Notes: a model not told the origin generated them from the sequence alone. Counted from the first letter of the whole stretch, positions 48,576-59,252 are shown. The stretch is 59,252 bases of DNA, filler included, from Actinomycetota bacterium (GCA_046725875.1; 5 parts of 5 records of this genome joined end to end with filler, not necessarily neighbours in it); one strand, 5' to 3'. Program-made: numbers and translations.

Positions 48576-49538
48576 GTGAGCGGAATCATCCGGGCGCGAC
48601 GTGGCGCGCCCGGCCCGGCGATGGATCCTGAGGGGCGGATGCCCCTGGTTGAGCATCTGCGCGAGCTGCGCAGCCGGCTGGTCAAATCGGTCCTCGCTAT
48701 TGCCGCCGGCTCGGTCGTCGGGTTCGCGCTCTATGACCGCATCTTCGACTTCCTCAAGGCCCCTGCCTGCGACATCAAGGCCAACATCACCCCGATTCAC
48801 GAAGGCAAGTGCGGCGTGCTCACCGTGAGTGGGCTGCTCAATCCCTTCTCCCTGCAGCTCAAAGTCTCGCTGATCGCCGGTCTGCTCATTGCGAGCCCCG
48901 TGTGGCTCTACCAGCTCTGGGCGTTCGTCGCGCCCGGCCTGCACAAGCGGGAGAAGCGCTGGAGCATCGCGTTCGTCGGCGTCGGGGTTCCGCTCTTCCT
49001 GGCAGGCGCGCTTGCCGTCTATTGGATCATGCCGAAAGCGGTCGGCATCCTGCTGTCGTTCACCCCGGCGGACGTGGCTAACAACGTCTTCCTGACCGAG
49101 TATCTCGACTTCGTGCTGCGGATGATCTTGGTCTTCGGGCTTGCCTTCGAGCTGCCGCTGATCCTCGCCATCCTCAGCCTGGCTGGAATCGTCGATGCGC
49201 CGAAGCTGCTGTCGTGGTGGCGTATCGCCATTTTCGTGATCTTCATTTTCGCGGCGATCGCAACACCGACCGGAGATCCGCTGACCATGACAACCCTGGC
49301 CGCTCCGATGATCCTGCTCTACTTCGGGTCGGTCGGATTTGCCATGCTCGTCGACCGTCGCCGGGCTCGAACGCGCGTCCCCGGCAACTGGTCGGACGAT
49401 GAGGCATCGCCGCTGGACACCACGGCGAGTCGGATCGACGAAACCTCGGGACCCGTGGACGGCCCCGCCCCGGTAGACACCCGCGGAGGACCCCGAACCA
49501 GCGGTCCGTCCGGCCAGGACTCCACCGATATCACCTAG
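48576..49538 (+). CDS. tatC: Twin-arginine translocase TatC
   Basis: MPLVEHLRELRSRL, YQLWAFVAPGL..EKR, FGLAFELP, TPTGDP. Confidence 0.95.
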   Translation: MSGIIRARRGAPGPAMDPEGRMPLVEHLRELRSRLVKSVLAIAAGSVVGFALYDRIFDFLKAPACDIKANITPIHEGKCGVLTVSGLLNPFSLQLKVSLIAGLLIASPVWLYQLWAFVAPGLHKREKRWSIAFVGVGVPLFLAGALAVYWIMPKAVGILLSFTPADVANNVFLTEYLDFVLRMILVFGLAFELPLILAILSLAGIVDAPKLLSWWRIAIFVIFIFAAIATPTGDPLTMTTLAAPMILLYFGSVGFAMLVDRRRARTRVPGNWSDDEASPLDTTASRIDETSGPVDGPAPVDTRGGPRTSGPSGQDSTDIT

Positions 49539-49603
49539 CCCGCGCCTGGCCGATCGCGTCGGACGCAAGCGGTGTCGCGGGCCTTCCTCCGCCAAGGCCA
49601 ACG

Positions 49604-49703
49604 NNNNNNNNNNNNNNNNNNNNNNNNNNNNNNNNNNNNNNNNNNNNTTAATTAATTAANNNNNNNNNNNNNNNNNNNNNNNNNNNNNNNNNNNNNNNNN
49701 NNN
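49604..49703. other. Artificial contig linker
   Basis: N44-TTAATTAATTAA-N44. Confidence 0.98.
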
Positions 49704-52323
49704 CGCTCTCCGTGAGCTCACCTTCACCGGCCCGCCGGCGCCCGCCGATCCGGTGCGTCTCTGCTCGCGCTCGCTCCGCCCACAGTCGCGTGCCCATGCG
49801 ATCGAACTCTCGCGTCGCCTCGTCCAGCGCTCGTCTGGCACCGCCTCGGCGCCGCGCGCGGCGCTCCGTCACTCCCTTCGCGAGCAGCGTGCGGGCGCGC
49901 TCGAATGGCATGTCGAGCCGCTCGTGCTCGGCCAGCGCGCGATCGAGCGCCGCGGCTGCACCGGAGAGATCACCCCGCGCGCTGAGAAGCAGACCACGGC
50001 AGCGTCCTGCGGTGGCGAGCGCCCAAGCGCGATCCAGCTCGCGACCGCGGCGCTCGAGCTGATCCAGAAGCACCTCCGCCCGATCGAGGTGGCCGAGCGC
50101 AATGAGCGCCTCGAGCCCGTCGGGGAGGAAGAAGAGTGGGACCGGCTCCGCGATGCCGAATCGTTCGACCGCTTCTACCGACGCTTGGGACGCTTGCCAG
50201 GCCGCCTCGAAATTGCTCACCGGTAGCTCAACCAACGTGCGCGCCGCGGCAACCCAATGCGCGATCTGTGCTACGCCGCGGCCTTCCAGTAGTTCGGCTT
50301 CGGCAGTCCGTCGCCGCAGCTCGATGACCTCTCCGCGGTGCGCGTGGACGAGCGCGCGCTGTCCGATTGCCCACCGCCGCACCGAGAGGTTGCCGGCGAC
50401 CGCGGCGCAGGCGATCGCCTCCTCTGCGAGCTGCGCGGCCCCCTCCAAATCTCCACATTGCATCTCCAGCCAGGAGAGCCAGAAGAGGACATGGGCGAGG
50501 TTATCGTCGTCACCGAGGTCGGCAAGGCGCCTGCGAACTGTGCTCAGCAGATCGCGTGCTTCTGCATGTCGACCCACATAAAGCAAGATGCAGCCGACGA
50601 CCGCGCGCGGCGGGAGTCCCATTGGTGCAATCCTGTCCGGGTCCTCGAGCAGCAGCGCCCGCTCGATCTTTTCGAAGTCGGCTCCGCTGCCGGACAGGAA
50701 GTCGGCCATCGCGGAGTAGGCGAGCGCCTCGGACAGCACTGCGTCGTCGTTCGATCCTTCAAGCTTCTCCAGCGCCCGCCGCCCGAACTCGGCCGCCCCG
50801 GCGAAGTCCAGCCGGGTGGAACTGATGTAGGTGAGGTTGAGCAGGGCGCGCACGGCGCGCCGCGGGTGGTCGTCGGCCGAGACCGCCTCGAGTAGCAGCC
50901 GCTGGGCCTCCTCGGGGTCTTCCTCGCCGAAGGAAAGCTCGGCGAGGAGCCGAAGCACCTCTGCCCGCTCAGGGGGCACCAGCGCCTCCCCCAGCAGCTC
51001 ATCGAGGAGCATACGTGCGCGGACCCGGTCGCCGCTGCGGATGTGGAGCTCGGCGGCGTGGATGGACCGCCGACGGGATGCATTGCCATCGCCCGGAGGG
51101 GTGAGCGTTCGCGCCGCCTCGAAAAGCTCGGCGGCCGATTGCAATCCGCCCCTCGCACGAGCGGAGATTGCTGCCTCCTCCACGAGACTCGCCGTCGCCT
51201 CGTCCGCGGTGATGGCTGCGAGCGCGAGATGGCGAGCCCGCTCCTCCAGGTCCTGCACAACCTGCGCCAGCCGGCCGTGCATGCGCCGCCGCTCGGCCCC
51301 GGTGGCCAGCGCCTCGACCGCCGCCGCATGGATCGGATGCGCGAACGCGACGGCGGTCCCGACGCGTGCCGCGACCCCCGCTCGCTCGGCCGGTTCGAGA
51401 TCCGTGTCGAGCGCACTGCCGAACAGGCTGCTGAGGGTCTCGATGGCCGGCCGGGCCAGCAACGCCGCGGCGAGCAGCACTTCCCTCGTAGCGCCGGGCA
51501 GGGCCGCCACCCGCGACCGGACGAGCTCGCGGACGTCATCGGGGACTGGCAGCGGCTCGCCAGCTGCCGACGTACCGCGCTCCATGAGCAGGCGGCCCAC
51601 CTCCAGCGCGAACAGCGGGTTGCCGCGCGCGACCGCGTGCACGCGGACGAGCGTCGCGCGGGGAAGCGATACTCCGAGGCGCTCGCGGAGCATCCGCTGG
51701 AGCGCGCCAAGACTGAGCGGTCCAAGCTGAAGGCGCACAATGGCATCCGGCGGGGTGAGGGCCGCGACGTCGAGCCGCGCTGCCTCAGGGAGACGACGCG
51801 TCACCAGCAGACCGACGCGCTCTGTGCCGAGCCGGCGAAGAACGAACGACAAGATCGTCGCCGATGCCACGTCGAGCCAATGAACGTCATCCAGGGCGAG
51901 CAGCACCGGCCGCTCGTCAGCGAGACGGCCTAGGACTGAGCGCAAACCCGCCCCGATCGCCCGCTCGTCGACCACCCAACCGGGCAGCTCGGTCCGGAAC
52001 AGCACCACCTCGAGGGCCCGTCGCTGCGGCGTCGGCAGTCCCTCCCAGGCGCTGTCCGGGACGGCGCCGAGCATATCGCCGATGACAGCCAGCGACAGGC
52101 TCGCCTCCGATGCCGTCGGCCGACCGACAAGAATGCGGAAGCCGTGCGCGTCAGCCAGCTGGAGCGCCTCGTTGAAGACCGCCGTCTTCCCGATTCCCGC
52201 CTCGCCCTCGAGCAGCAGCGCCGCGACGCGGTCACGCGCAGCCACCAGGAGCCGCTCGATCGCGGCAAGCTCCTCATCGCGTCCGAGAACCCGCCGGCTC
52301 ACGGTCGCCGCCGTCTCCCCCAC
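49704..52323 (-). CDS. LAL-type AAA-ATPase/LuxR regulator (HTH cut by contig end)
   Basis: GRDEEL, GEAGIGKT, LDDVHWLD, GNPLFALE, TPR region, ends at ELTES. Confidence 0.9.
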
Positions 52324-52430
52324 AAGCTCCTCCCCTGACCAACGGTAAGGCTCGCGACAGCAGGGCGCAGAGCTAAGTTTGCGGTTTTCCGCTATTTCAT
52401 CCCCCGTATGAGCGGGCTAGCGTCGGCCTC

Positions 52431-52730
52431 GTGCCGGAATTCCTGATCGAGGTCTATGTCTCGCGGAGGGACCCGGTCGCAGTCGAGCGTGGTGAGGAGC
52501 GCGCGCGAATCGCCGCCGAGGAGCTGGCGCGGGAGGGGACGCCGGTTCGCTTTCTGCGCTCGATATTCATCCCGGAGGACGAGACCTGCTTCTATCTCTG
52601 TGAAGCAGGCTCCGTCCACGCCGCCACCGAGCTGGCCGCGCGTGCGGACCTGTCCCTCGACCGAGTGGTCGAGTCCGTCGCCCCGGCCAGTGCCGGCCGG
52701 TCCGCGAACGCGCCGCTCCAGAACGAGTAA
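52431..52730 (+). CDS. DUF4242/SCO4226-like small protein
   Basis: FLIEVY, VRFLRSIFIPEDETCFYLCEAGS, DRVVE; TAGCGT 7 nt before GTG. Confidence 0.65.
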   Translation: MPEFLIEVYVSRRDPVAVERGEERARIAAEELAREGTPVRFLRSIFIPEDETCFYLCEAGSVHAATELAARADLSLDRVVESVAPASAGRSANAPLQNE

Positions 52731-52991
52731 GCGCGAGAGAGCAGCGCGATCAACACATCCGTCTCGTAAACACGCTCCTCCCTCACCTGGGACGGGCAAC
52801 GCTCTACTTCGGCCGCGCACCGGGGCCGGAGGGGATGTCCGACATCTACCTCGCCATCCGAGACAAGGTCGCTGGATCGGGCCGGTAACGGTAACGCAGG
52901 TGGGGGGCCCCCAAATGGCTCGCCTCCCAGGCTTCGGCGACGCCGCGCCGGTGCCGCCGGAGTCGTAAACCGGGAGCGACAGCTCGTGGAT

Positions 52992-53783
52992 CTATAGCAG
53001 GGCCTGAAACTCGGCCTCGCTCAGCTGGATTTCCAGCGCCGCAAGGTTCTCCTTGAGGTGCGCCAGCGAAAGGGTGCCGGGGATCGGCAGCATCGTCGGC
53101 GAGCGTCTCAGGAGCCACGCAAGAGCGATCTGTGGTCGAGTGGCGCCACGTCGTCTGGCGATCTCGGCAACCGCCCGGCCGCCGTCGCCGTGTAGGGGGA
53201 AATAGGGAACAAACACGATGCCCTCACCGGCGCAGTAGTCGACCACGTTTTCGTACCTGCGCTCGGAGAGGTTGTAGGGGTTTTGAACCGCGGCGACCGG
53301 GACCACCTGACGGGCGCGCTCGATCTGGTCGATTCCAACCTGGGAGAGGCCGACGTGCCGGATCTTTCCGCTGTCCCGGTATTCCTTGATCGTGGCGAGG
53401 CTCTCCTCGAGGGGGGTCTGTGGGTCGACCCGATGCAGGTAATACAGCGCGATGCTATCCGTTCTCAGCCGGCGAAGACTCTCCTCGATCTGGCCCCGGA
53501 GCACCTCCGGGCGGCCATGCCCCGCGGCGTAACCGCCCTTCGTTGCTACGACGCATTGGTCAGGGCTTGGCGAGAGGGCAGCGCCGATCGTCTCCTCGCT
53601 TTCTCCGCCGGTATATGTGTGCGCGGAGTCGATATGGTTCGCTCCCGCGGCGACCGCTTCCTTTACGAAGGCGACATGCTCGGGGGAGTTGGTGAGGCGA
53701 TTCGTGCCAAGCCCGATCCGGGCCACCTCGGTGTCCCCAAGCCTCAGCTTGGGCGTAGCGTTCGCGGGCAGCCTCGGTGCCAT
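52992..53783 (-). CDS. Aldo/keto reductase
   Basis: RIGLGT, IDSAHTY, VATKGG, LYYLHRVDP, LPIPGT..HLKEN. Confidence 0.9.
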   Translation of the reverse strand: MAPRLPANATPKLRLGDTEVARIGLGTNRLTNSPEHVAFVKEAVAAGANHIDSAHTYTGGESEETIGAALSPSPDQCVVATKGGYAAGHGRPEVLRGQIEESLRRLRTDSIALYYLHRVDPQTPLEESLATIKEYRDSGKIRHVGLSQVGIDQIERARQVVPVAAVQNPYNLSERRYENVVDYCAGEGIVFVPYFPLHGDGGRAVAEIARRRGATRPQIALAWLLRRSPTMLPIPGTLSLAHLKENLAALEIQLSEAEFQALL

Positions 53784-54037
53784 TCTTTCCTCCGGCGGAA
53801 CGATCGATAGGTGCAGCCGCGCCTCGAGTTGCGGCAGTAACCATTCGCTCACATCGCGGCGGACTTTGCACCCCGCGAGCTTGCGCAGACGTGGAAGCCC
53901 TGGCTGTCGATTGCGAGCCGTGCCGAGAGGCGCAAGGTGCGGCCCGCGGCAGAGAATCCCTAGCCGCGGGCCGTTGGTCACGATCGCGGCGGGGTGCGAT
54001 GGGGCCGGCGGCCCGGTGAGCACCACCGCTGCGGCCG

Positions 54038-54457
54038 CTAGCTGACGATCTCCTTGCGGTCGCCGGACCGCGTCACCTCGATCCGGCGCGGCTTCGCCTC
54101 CTCCATCACCGGGATGCGGATGGTCAGGACGCCGCCGCTGTAGTCGGCGTCGAGTTTCTCGACATTCAGCGTGTCGCCGAGAAAGATCTGCCGGGTGAAG
54201 GTCCCGGTCGGCCGCTCGGACACGATGATCTCGCCGACCTCGAGCGGCCGGCGCTCGGCCCGCACGGTCAGGACGTTCTGCTCCACCGTTACATCCACAC
54301 TGTCCGGGTCGACGCCGGGCAGGTCGAAGTGGATGTTGAACCAGTCGTCCTTGCGGTAGGCATCCATCGGCATGACGAGGACGCCTCGGCTGGGGGTGCC
54401 GAACAGTTGCTGGGTAAGACGGTCCAGCTCCCGGAAGGGGTCGGTTCGCATGAGCAT
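54038..54457 (-). CDS. Hsp20/alpha-crystallin (Hsp18-like)
   Basis: MLMRTDPFRELDRL, DLPGVD, ERPTGTFTRQ, Y..GVLTIRIP; AAGGAGG RBS. Confidence 0.95.
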   Translation of the reverse strand: MLMRTDPFRELDRLTQQLFGTPSRGVLVMPMDAYRKDDWFNIHFDLPGVDPDSVDVTVEQNVLTVRAERRPLEVGEIIVSERPTGTFTRQIFLGDTLNVEKLDADYSGGVLTIRIPVMEEAKPRRIEVTRSGDRKEIVS

Positions 54458-54531
54458 CTGGTGCGTCACCTCCTTGCCATCGGCGATCTAGCTCATAAGC
54501 TACAACCAAGCTACCGTTTAACACCGATACT

Positions 54532-54553
54532 ATCTATGTGTCAAGCCATAGAT
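54532..54553. promoter_or_regulatory. Inverted repeat enclosing a minus-strand TTGACA; candidate operator
   Basis: ATCTATG-tgtcaagc-CATAGAT between hsp20 and the J-domain gene. Confidence 0.55.
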
Positions 54554-54579
54554 TCAAATTAGCGACGAGGGAGCAGGTG

Positions 54580-54996
54580 ATGTTCGCGAAGCGGAGCCGG
54601 GACTGGCAGGGGCATGACTACTATGCGATCTTGGGGGTGCCGGTGGCGGCAACGCCGGAGGAGATCGTGCGCGCTTATCGCCGGCTCGCCCGTACCACGC
54701 ACCCGGACATCGACCTGCACAATTCGGCGGCGGCCGAGCGGTTCGAGCAGTTGACCGCCGCTCGGGAGGTGCTTGGCGACCCGGTCGCCCGCGCCGCGTA
54801 CGACAGGATGCGGTCCCGCGGCGACCGCGGGGACCCTAACCCCGGTCCGGCCGATGAGGGGATCGTACCGACCGATCCGGTCGAAGTCCGCCGTCAGAAC
54901 CGCAGTCGCGATGACCCGCGGCGTCCCGCCGGAGCGACGATCCGGGTGGGTCCGGTCATCTGGGCACCGAGTTGGCGGCGGGGGCGTGATGGCTGA
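54580..54996 (+). CDS. Small J-domain protein
   Basis: DYYAILGV..EI.RAYRRLA..HPD..F..L..A.EVL.DP..RAAYD. Confidence 0.85.
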   Translation: MFAKRSRDWQGHDYYAILGVPVAATPEEIVRAYRRLARTTHPDIDLHNSAAAERFEQLTAAREVLGDPVARAAYDRMRSRGDRGDPNPGPADEGIVPTDPVEVRRQNRSRDDPRRPAGATIRVGPVIWAPSWRRGRDG

Positions 54997-55336
54997 GCGA
55001 GAGGTCCGCTGGCCAAGGTCCGACGGAGCCAGGCATCCGCCGGCGGCCGACCGCGCCGTCTATGCGATCTCGGTGGCGTCCGAGTTGACCGGTATCGGGC
55101 CGCAGACGCTTCGTTTGTACGAGGACAAGGGCATAATCACACCCGCCCGCACGAATGGCGGCACTCGGCGTTACAGCCATCACGACATCAGCCGAATCCG
55201 AAGGATCGCCGAGCTCACCGCTGCTGGACTCAACCTGGCCGGTGTTGCACTCGTACTCGAGCTGGAAGACGAGACGTCACAGCTGCGCGAAGAGCTGGCC
55301 CGGGTCCTCGCCGCGCAGCCTCGGGACAAGGATTGA
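54989..55336 (+). CDS. HspR-like MerR-family regulator
   Basis: VYAISVASELTG..PQTLRLYE..PARTNGGTRRYS..GLNLAGV. Confidence 0.88.
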   Translation: MAEREVRWPRSDGARHPPAADRAVYAISVASELTGIGPQTLRLYEDKGIITPARTNGGTRRYSHHDISRIRRIAELTAAGLNLAGVALVLELEDETSQLREELARVLAAQPRDKD

Positions 55337-55438
55337 ACCTCACGGGGTATGCCGCCTCGGGGGCAGGAGTGACACTTTGGCCAAGGGGTGAAGCCCGAAT
55401 TGTGACGGCGTCCGGGGCGCCCGCGGGAGTGAGGACGG

Positions 55439-57844
55439 ATGCGCATCGCGGTGATCGGTGGGGGACCGGGCGGTCTTTACTTCGCCGCCCTTGACCAGCA
55501 GCTGGCAGCGATGGCTGGCCGACCGCATGAGATCACCGTTTGGGAGCGGAACGCCGCGGACGACACCTTCGGCTTCGGTGTGGTCTTTTCGGACGAGACC
55601 CTCGGCGGCATCGAGCACGCCGACCGCGCCATCTACGCGGCGATGGAGGCGGAGTTCGCTCGTTGGGACGACATCGATGTCCATTACAAGGGCGAAGTGA
55701 TCACTTCCGGTGGGCACGGATTCGCCGCGATGAGCCGGGTGCGGCTGCTCGACATCCTGCGCGATCGAGCGACCGCGCTCGGGGTTTGCGTACACATGCT
55801 GGCCGAGTCACCCGCCGCGGACGAGCTCGCGGCGGACCACGACCTGGTCGTTGCGGCGGACGGCCTGAACTCTGCGACGCGGGCGAAGTTCGCTGATGCG
55901 TTCCGGCCCACACTGGACGCGCGGCGGTGCCACTACATGTGGCTCGGTAGCGACCTTGTCTTCGACGCGTTCAAGTTCTATATCGTCGACACGCCGTGGG
56001 GAGTCATGCAGATCCACGGCTACCCGTACGACCGCCCTCGGTTTGGCCAGGACCCGCTCACGCCGATGAGCACGTTCATCGTGGAGATGCACGAGCGGGT
56101 GTGGCGGGCCGCGGGCTTCGACCGGCTCGCCGCGCAGACCCTCCGCCCGGGAGAGTCCGACCTTGCCAGCGTCGAGCGCTGCACGGAGCTCTTCGCTGAG
56201 ATCCTCGACGGCCATCGGCTCATCGCGAACAACTCGCGCTGGATCCGCTTTACCACCGTGCGCAACGAGACCTGGCGACGCGGGAATGTCGTGCTCCTCG
56301 GCGACGCCGCGCACACCGCGCACTTCTCGATCGGGTCCGGTACCAAGCTGGCGATGGAAGATGCGCTCGCTCTTGCGGCGTGCCTGCACGAGCAACGAAC
56401 GGTCGACGACGCTCTCATAGCCTACGAGGCCGAGCGCCGGCCGGTCGTCCTGTCCACCCAGCGTGCGGCGCAGGCGAGCCTGGAATGGTTCGAGAACATC
56501 GGGCAGTACGTGCACCAGGAGCCGCTGCAGTTCGCCTTCAACATCCTCACCCGCAGCCGTCGGGTGACCTATGACAACCTGCGGCTGCGTGATCCCGAGT
56601 TCGTGGACCGGCTGGACCGCTGGTTCGCGGCAAGCGAGGCGGATCGCGGAGTCTTGCCGGGTCCGGTTGAGGTCCGGCCGCCGATGTTCCAGCCCTTCCG
56701 AATGCGCTCGATCAGCTTGCCCAACCGGATTGTCGTCTCTGCGATGGATATGTACACCGCGGACGACGGACTCCCAGGCGACTTTCACCTCGTCCATCTC
56801 GGCTCGAAGGCGCTCGGCGGCGCGGGCCTGGTGATGACTGAAATGGTGTGCGTTTCCCCGGAAGGCCGCATCTCGCCGGGGTGCACGGGACTGTACGACG
56901 ACGAACACGAGCTGTTCTGGTCGCGGATTGTCGACTTCGTACACGATCACAGCCAGGCGCGGATCGGCCTGCAAGTTGGACATTCCGGGCGGAAGGGCTC
57001 GACCAAGCGGATGTGGGAGGGGATGGACGAGCCGCTACCCGAGGGCAACTGGCCGGTGGTGGGGCCGTCCGCGATCCCCTATTCGGCAATCAACCAGCTG
57101 CCGCGAGAGCTCACCCGCGCGGACCTGGCGAACATCAAAGAGATGTTCGTCGCGGCGGCTCGGCGCGGCAGCCGCTGCGGATTCGACCTGTTCGAGCTGC
57201 ATTGCGCTCATGGCTACCTGCTCTCGAGCTTCATCACACCGTTGAGCAACCGGCGCACCGACGAGTACGGTGGCTCGCTCGACAACCGCCTGCGCTATCC
57301 GCTGGAGGTGTTCGACGCGGTCCGGGCGGTCTGGCCGAGCAAGAAGCCGATGACCGTTCGCATCTCCGCGACCGACTGGGCGCCCGGCGGCGTCGACGCG
57401 GACGAGGCCGTTGAGATCGCGCGGGCGTTCGCGGCGCACGGCGTTGACGCGATCGACGTATCAACGGGACAGACGACGGCCGAGGCGCGGCCTGCCTTCG
57501 GGCGGTCCTTCCAGACGCCGTTCGCCGACCGCATCCGCAACGAGGTCGGCATCGCGACTATCACTGTCGGGGCCATCTCATCCTGGGACGATGTCAACTC
57601 GATCATCCTCGCCGGCCGCGCGGACCTGTGCGCGCTCGGCCGGGTTCATTTGTATGACCCGGCCTGGACGCTGCACGCCGCCGCAGAGCAGGGCTACTCC
57701 GGGCCAGGCGCGGTGTGGCCGGTCCAGTTCCAAGCGGGTTCACGGCAGCCGCAGACCGGACGGGCCGAGGGGCCGAAACCGCGCCTGGAGCTCGTCCGCG
57801 ACCCGGCCGCCGGCCGAACCCGTCACCTTCGCTGGCGCCCCTGA
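55439..57844 (+). CDS. Bifunctional salicylyl-CoA 5-hydroxylase/anthraniloyl-CoA monooxygenase-reductase-like flavoenzyme
   Basis: [37 protein letters not shown], then an OYE-like domain ([20 protein letters not shown]). Confidence 0.92.
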   Translation: MRIAVIGGGPGGLYFAALDQQLAAMAGRPHEITVWERNAADDTFGFGVVFSDETLGGIEHADRAIYAAMEAEFARWDDIDVHYKGEVITSGGHGFAAMSRVRLLDILRDRATALGVCVHMLAESPAADELAADHDLVVAADGLNSATRAKFADAFRPTLDARRCHYMWLGSDLVFDAFKFYIVDTPWGVMQIHGYPYDRPRFGQDPLTPMSTFIVEMHERVWRAAGFDRLAAQTLRPGESDLASVERCTELFAEILDGHRLIANNSRWIRFTTVRNETWRRGNVVLLGDAAHTAHFSIGSGTKLAMEDALALAACLHEQRTVDDALIAYEAERRPVVLSTQRAAQASLEWFENIGQYVHQEPLQFAFNILTRSRRVTYDNLRLRDPEFVDRLDRWFAASEADRGVLPGPVEVRPPMFQPFRMRSISLPNRIVVSAMDMYTADDGLPGDFHLVHLGSKALGGAGLVMTEMVCVSPEGRISPGCTGLYDDEHELFWSRIVDFVHDHSQARIGLQVGHSGRKGSTKRMWEGMDEPLPEGNWPVVGPSAIPYSAINQLPRELTRADLANIKEMFVAAARRGSRCGFDLFELHCAHGYLLSSFITPLSNRRTDEYGGSLDNRLRYPLEVFDAVRAVWPSKKPMTVRISATDWAPGGVDADEAVEIARAFAAHGVDAIDVSTGQTTAEARPAFGRSFQTPFADRIRNEVGIATITVGAISSWDDVNSIILAGRADLCALGRVHLYDPAWTLHAAAEQGYSGPGAVWPVQFQAGSRQPQTGRAEGPKPRLELVRDPAAGRTRHLRWRP

Positions 57845-58046
57845 GCCTGCGGGTAGACGCTTCCCCTCACGCGGCGAGCCCAACCCGAGATACCGGGCGG
57901 CTCCTGCCGTCTTGGCTGGGGCCTGCAGTATGACAGCGGCGATCGCCACTCGATTCCGGCCGGTAGCCTTCGCGCGGAAGAAGACCGCGTTTGAGTGAGC
58001 GTTTAACCGGCCGAGTTGGAAGGACCGAGCCAAGAAGGAGGACGAG

Positions 58047-58472
58047 GTGGATAGATCCGATGTGGACGGCTGGCTCGACGCCTACGTGGAAGCGTGGAAG
58101 GCATACGATCGCGAGCAGATCGCGGCGCTGTTCGCAGATGACGTCGAGTACCGCTATCACCCCTACGACGGGCCGATTAGGGGACGCGAGGCCGTGGTCG
58201 CGACCTGGCTCGGCGAGGGCGAGGACGAGGGAGCGTCCAGCCGCGACGAGCCCGGCACGTACGAAGCGTCCTATCGGGCGGTCGCGGTGGATGGCGATGT
58301 CGCCGTTGCGACCGGCAGTAGCACGTACCTGAGCAGGCCCGGCGGGCCAGTGGAGCATATCTTCGACAACTGCTTCGTTATGCGCTTCGACACCACTGGT
58401 CGGTGTCGAGCGTTCACCGAGTGGTTCATGGAGCGGCCTGCCTCTGGCCCCGAGTCGCCGCCGCTCGACTGA
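58047..58472 (+). CDS. NTF2/SnoaL-like protein
   Basis: WLDAYVEAW..LFADDVEYRYHPY..GREA, FDNCFVMRFD..C..FTEW. Confidence 0.85.
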   Translation: MDRSDVDGWLDAYVEAWKAYDREQIAALFADDVEYRYHPYDGPIRGREAVVATWLGEGEDEGASSRDEPGTYEASYRAVAVDGDVAVATGSSTYLSRPGGPVEHIFDNCFVMRFDTTGRCRAFTEWFMERPASGPESPPLD

Positions 58473-58479
58473 GCGTCGC

Positions 58480-59252
58480 GGATGGCGCGCTCGCGTCGGA
58501 CAGACGATGGCCTCCGGTTGCGTATGACAGGACGCTCGCCTCGACCCGGTCGGCCGCCGCCGGGTGGAGCACGTCCAGCCCGTCGGGGAGGATGCGGGCG
58601 CGGCGCATGTCGATCATGCCGGACTCCAGCGCGGCCAGAGTGGCTCGCCGCGGCCCGGTCAACTGCTGTGCGGCGTCGACCCGATAGGTCGCCGATAGGA
58701 GGAGATCTGCAGCCGAGCCGAGATCTCCGACCCGGCGGCGTGCACCGAGTCCAGGCCATCGCGGGAGACCGTCAGGCCGGCGAAGACCGGTCGGTCGGCC
58801 AGGGCGGCGATCGCCGCGGCCTGCCGGGCGGGCGCCCACCGAATGATCCGCTCCCAGCCGGCGATCGCCCCGACCACGTCGTAGTCGTCCAACGTCGCTA
58901 CGTGAAGCGTGTCCAGCCTGGCCAACGCACTGTCCGGCGCGGCGTTCGCCCACGACTCCGGCCAGCTTCTCAGCAACGGGTTAGCGTCTGGCACTGGCGT
59001 CGGCGCCAAGTCAGGCGCAGGCGCCGGGCATAGGTCAGGTGCAGGCACCGGGCATGGCTCCTGCCGGTCGGCCAGTAGCGCTCGGCGTCCGGCGCTAGCC
59101 ATTCGTCGGGCCACTCGGCGGGCGGCTGCATCATGTCCGGCCCCGAACCGGTCCCTGTCACCGAGACCGGGTGGTCTCCCCCGCCAGGCAGGTCGATCTC
59201 GCCCCACCAGTCGACGAGCGGGTCGACCGGCTCACCAACCGGGTCGACCGCC
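58480..59252 (-). pseudogene. DUF222 (13E12-repeat/HNH-associated) gene remnant
   Basis: AIAGWER..WA.ARQ..SEISARL | ATLAALESG.ID..RARIL..VEASVL in different frames; no HNH domain. Confidence 0.6.
59010..59057. repeat. Two 24-bp tandem units (Pro-rich linker)
   Basis: GTCAGGCGCAGGCGCCGGGCATAG / GTCAGGTGCAGGCACCGGGCATGG. Confidence 0.7.

Noticed and set aside
45626..49601. Long antisense ORFs (e.g. 45626-46870, 46270-47673, 48156-49601)
   Set aside because: Shadow frames of real genes in high-GC DNA, with no recognisable motifs
20981..49703. Four identical N-TTAATTAATTAA-N blocks that look like a repeat family
   Set aside because: Artificial six-frame-stop linkers; adjacency across them is meaningless
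52992..54524. 510-aa ORF suggesting an extended aldo/keto reductase
   Set aside because: The 5' half is an alternative frame over hsp20; the likely start is 53783

Overview
High-GC actinobacterial DNA (F420-dependent LLM enzyme, pafBC-tatAC, MMPL, DUF222, many leaderless TANNNT starts). The window is not one locus. It is five contigs joined by artificial N44-TTAATTAATTAA-N44 linkers: 1-20980, 21081-28959, 29060-44023, 44124-49603 and 49704-59252. Contig 1 is accessory DNA: detox/resistance-type genes, a MocR regulator, an XRE-HTH/NBR1-Ig fusion, a GNAT/metallo-beta-lactamase fusion and many gene remnants. Contig 2 has an epoxide hydrolase-DUF6875-broken thioredoxin cluster, an acyl-CoA ligase and a methyltransferase. 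Contig 3 has MMPL, a lipoprotein/PKD pair, an ECF sigma/VOC pair, and a translationally coupled SDR-VOC-QueA-like operon facing a GAF kinase/NarL regulator. Contig 4 is the core FKBP-DUF3866-pafBC-tatAC locus. Contig 5 has a LAL regulator, an Hsp20/J-domain/HspR-like module and a salicylyl-CoA hydroxylase-like gene. I saw no rRNA, tRNA, CRISPR array or intact transposase. The best candidates for uncharacterised biology are the non-canonical QueA-like operon, the XRE-NBR1 regulator with a shared 16-bp motif, the DUF6318/PKD pair, DUF6875, and a dispersed REP-like repeat. All family calls come from recognising motifs by eye, not from database searches.
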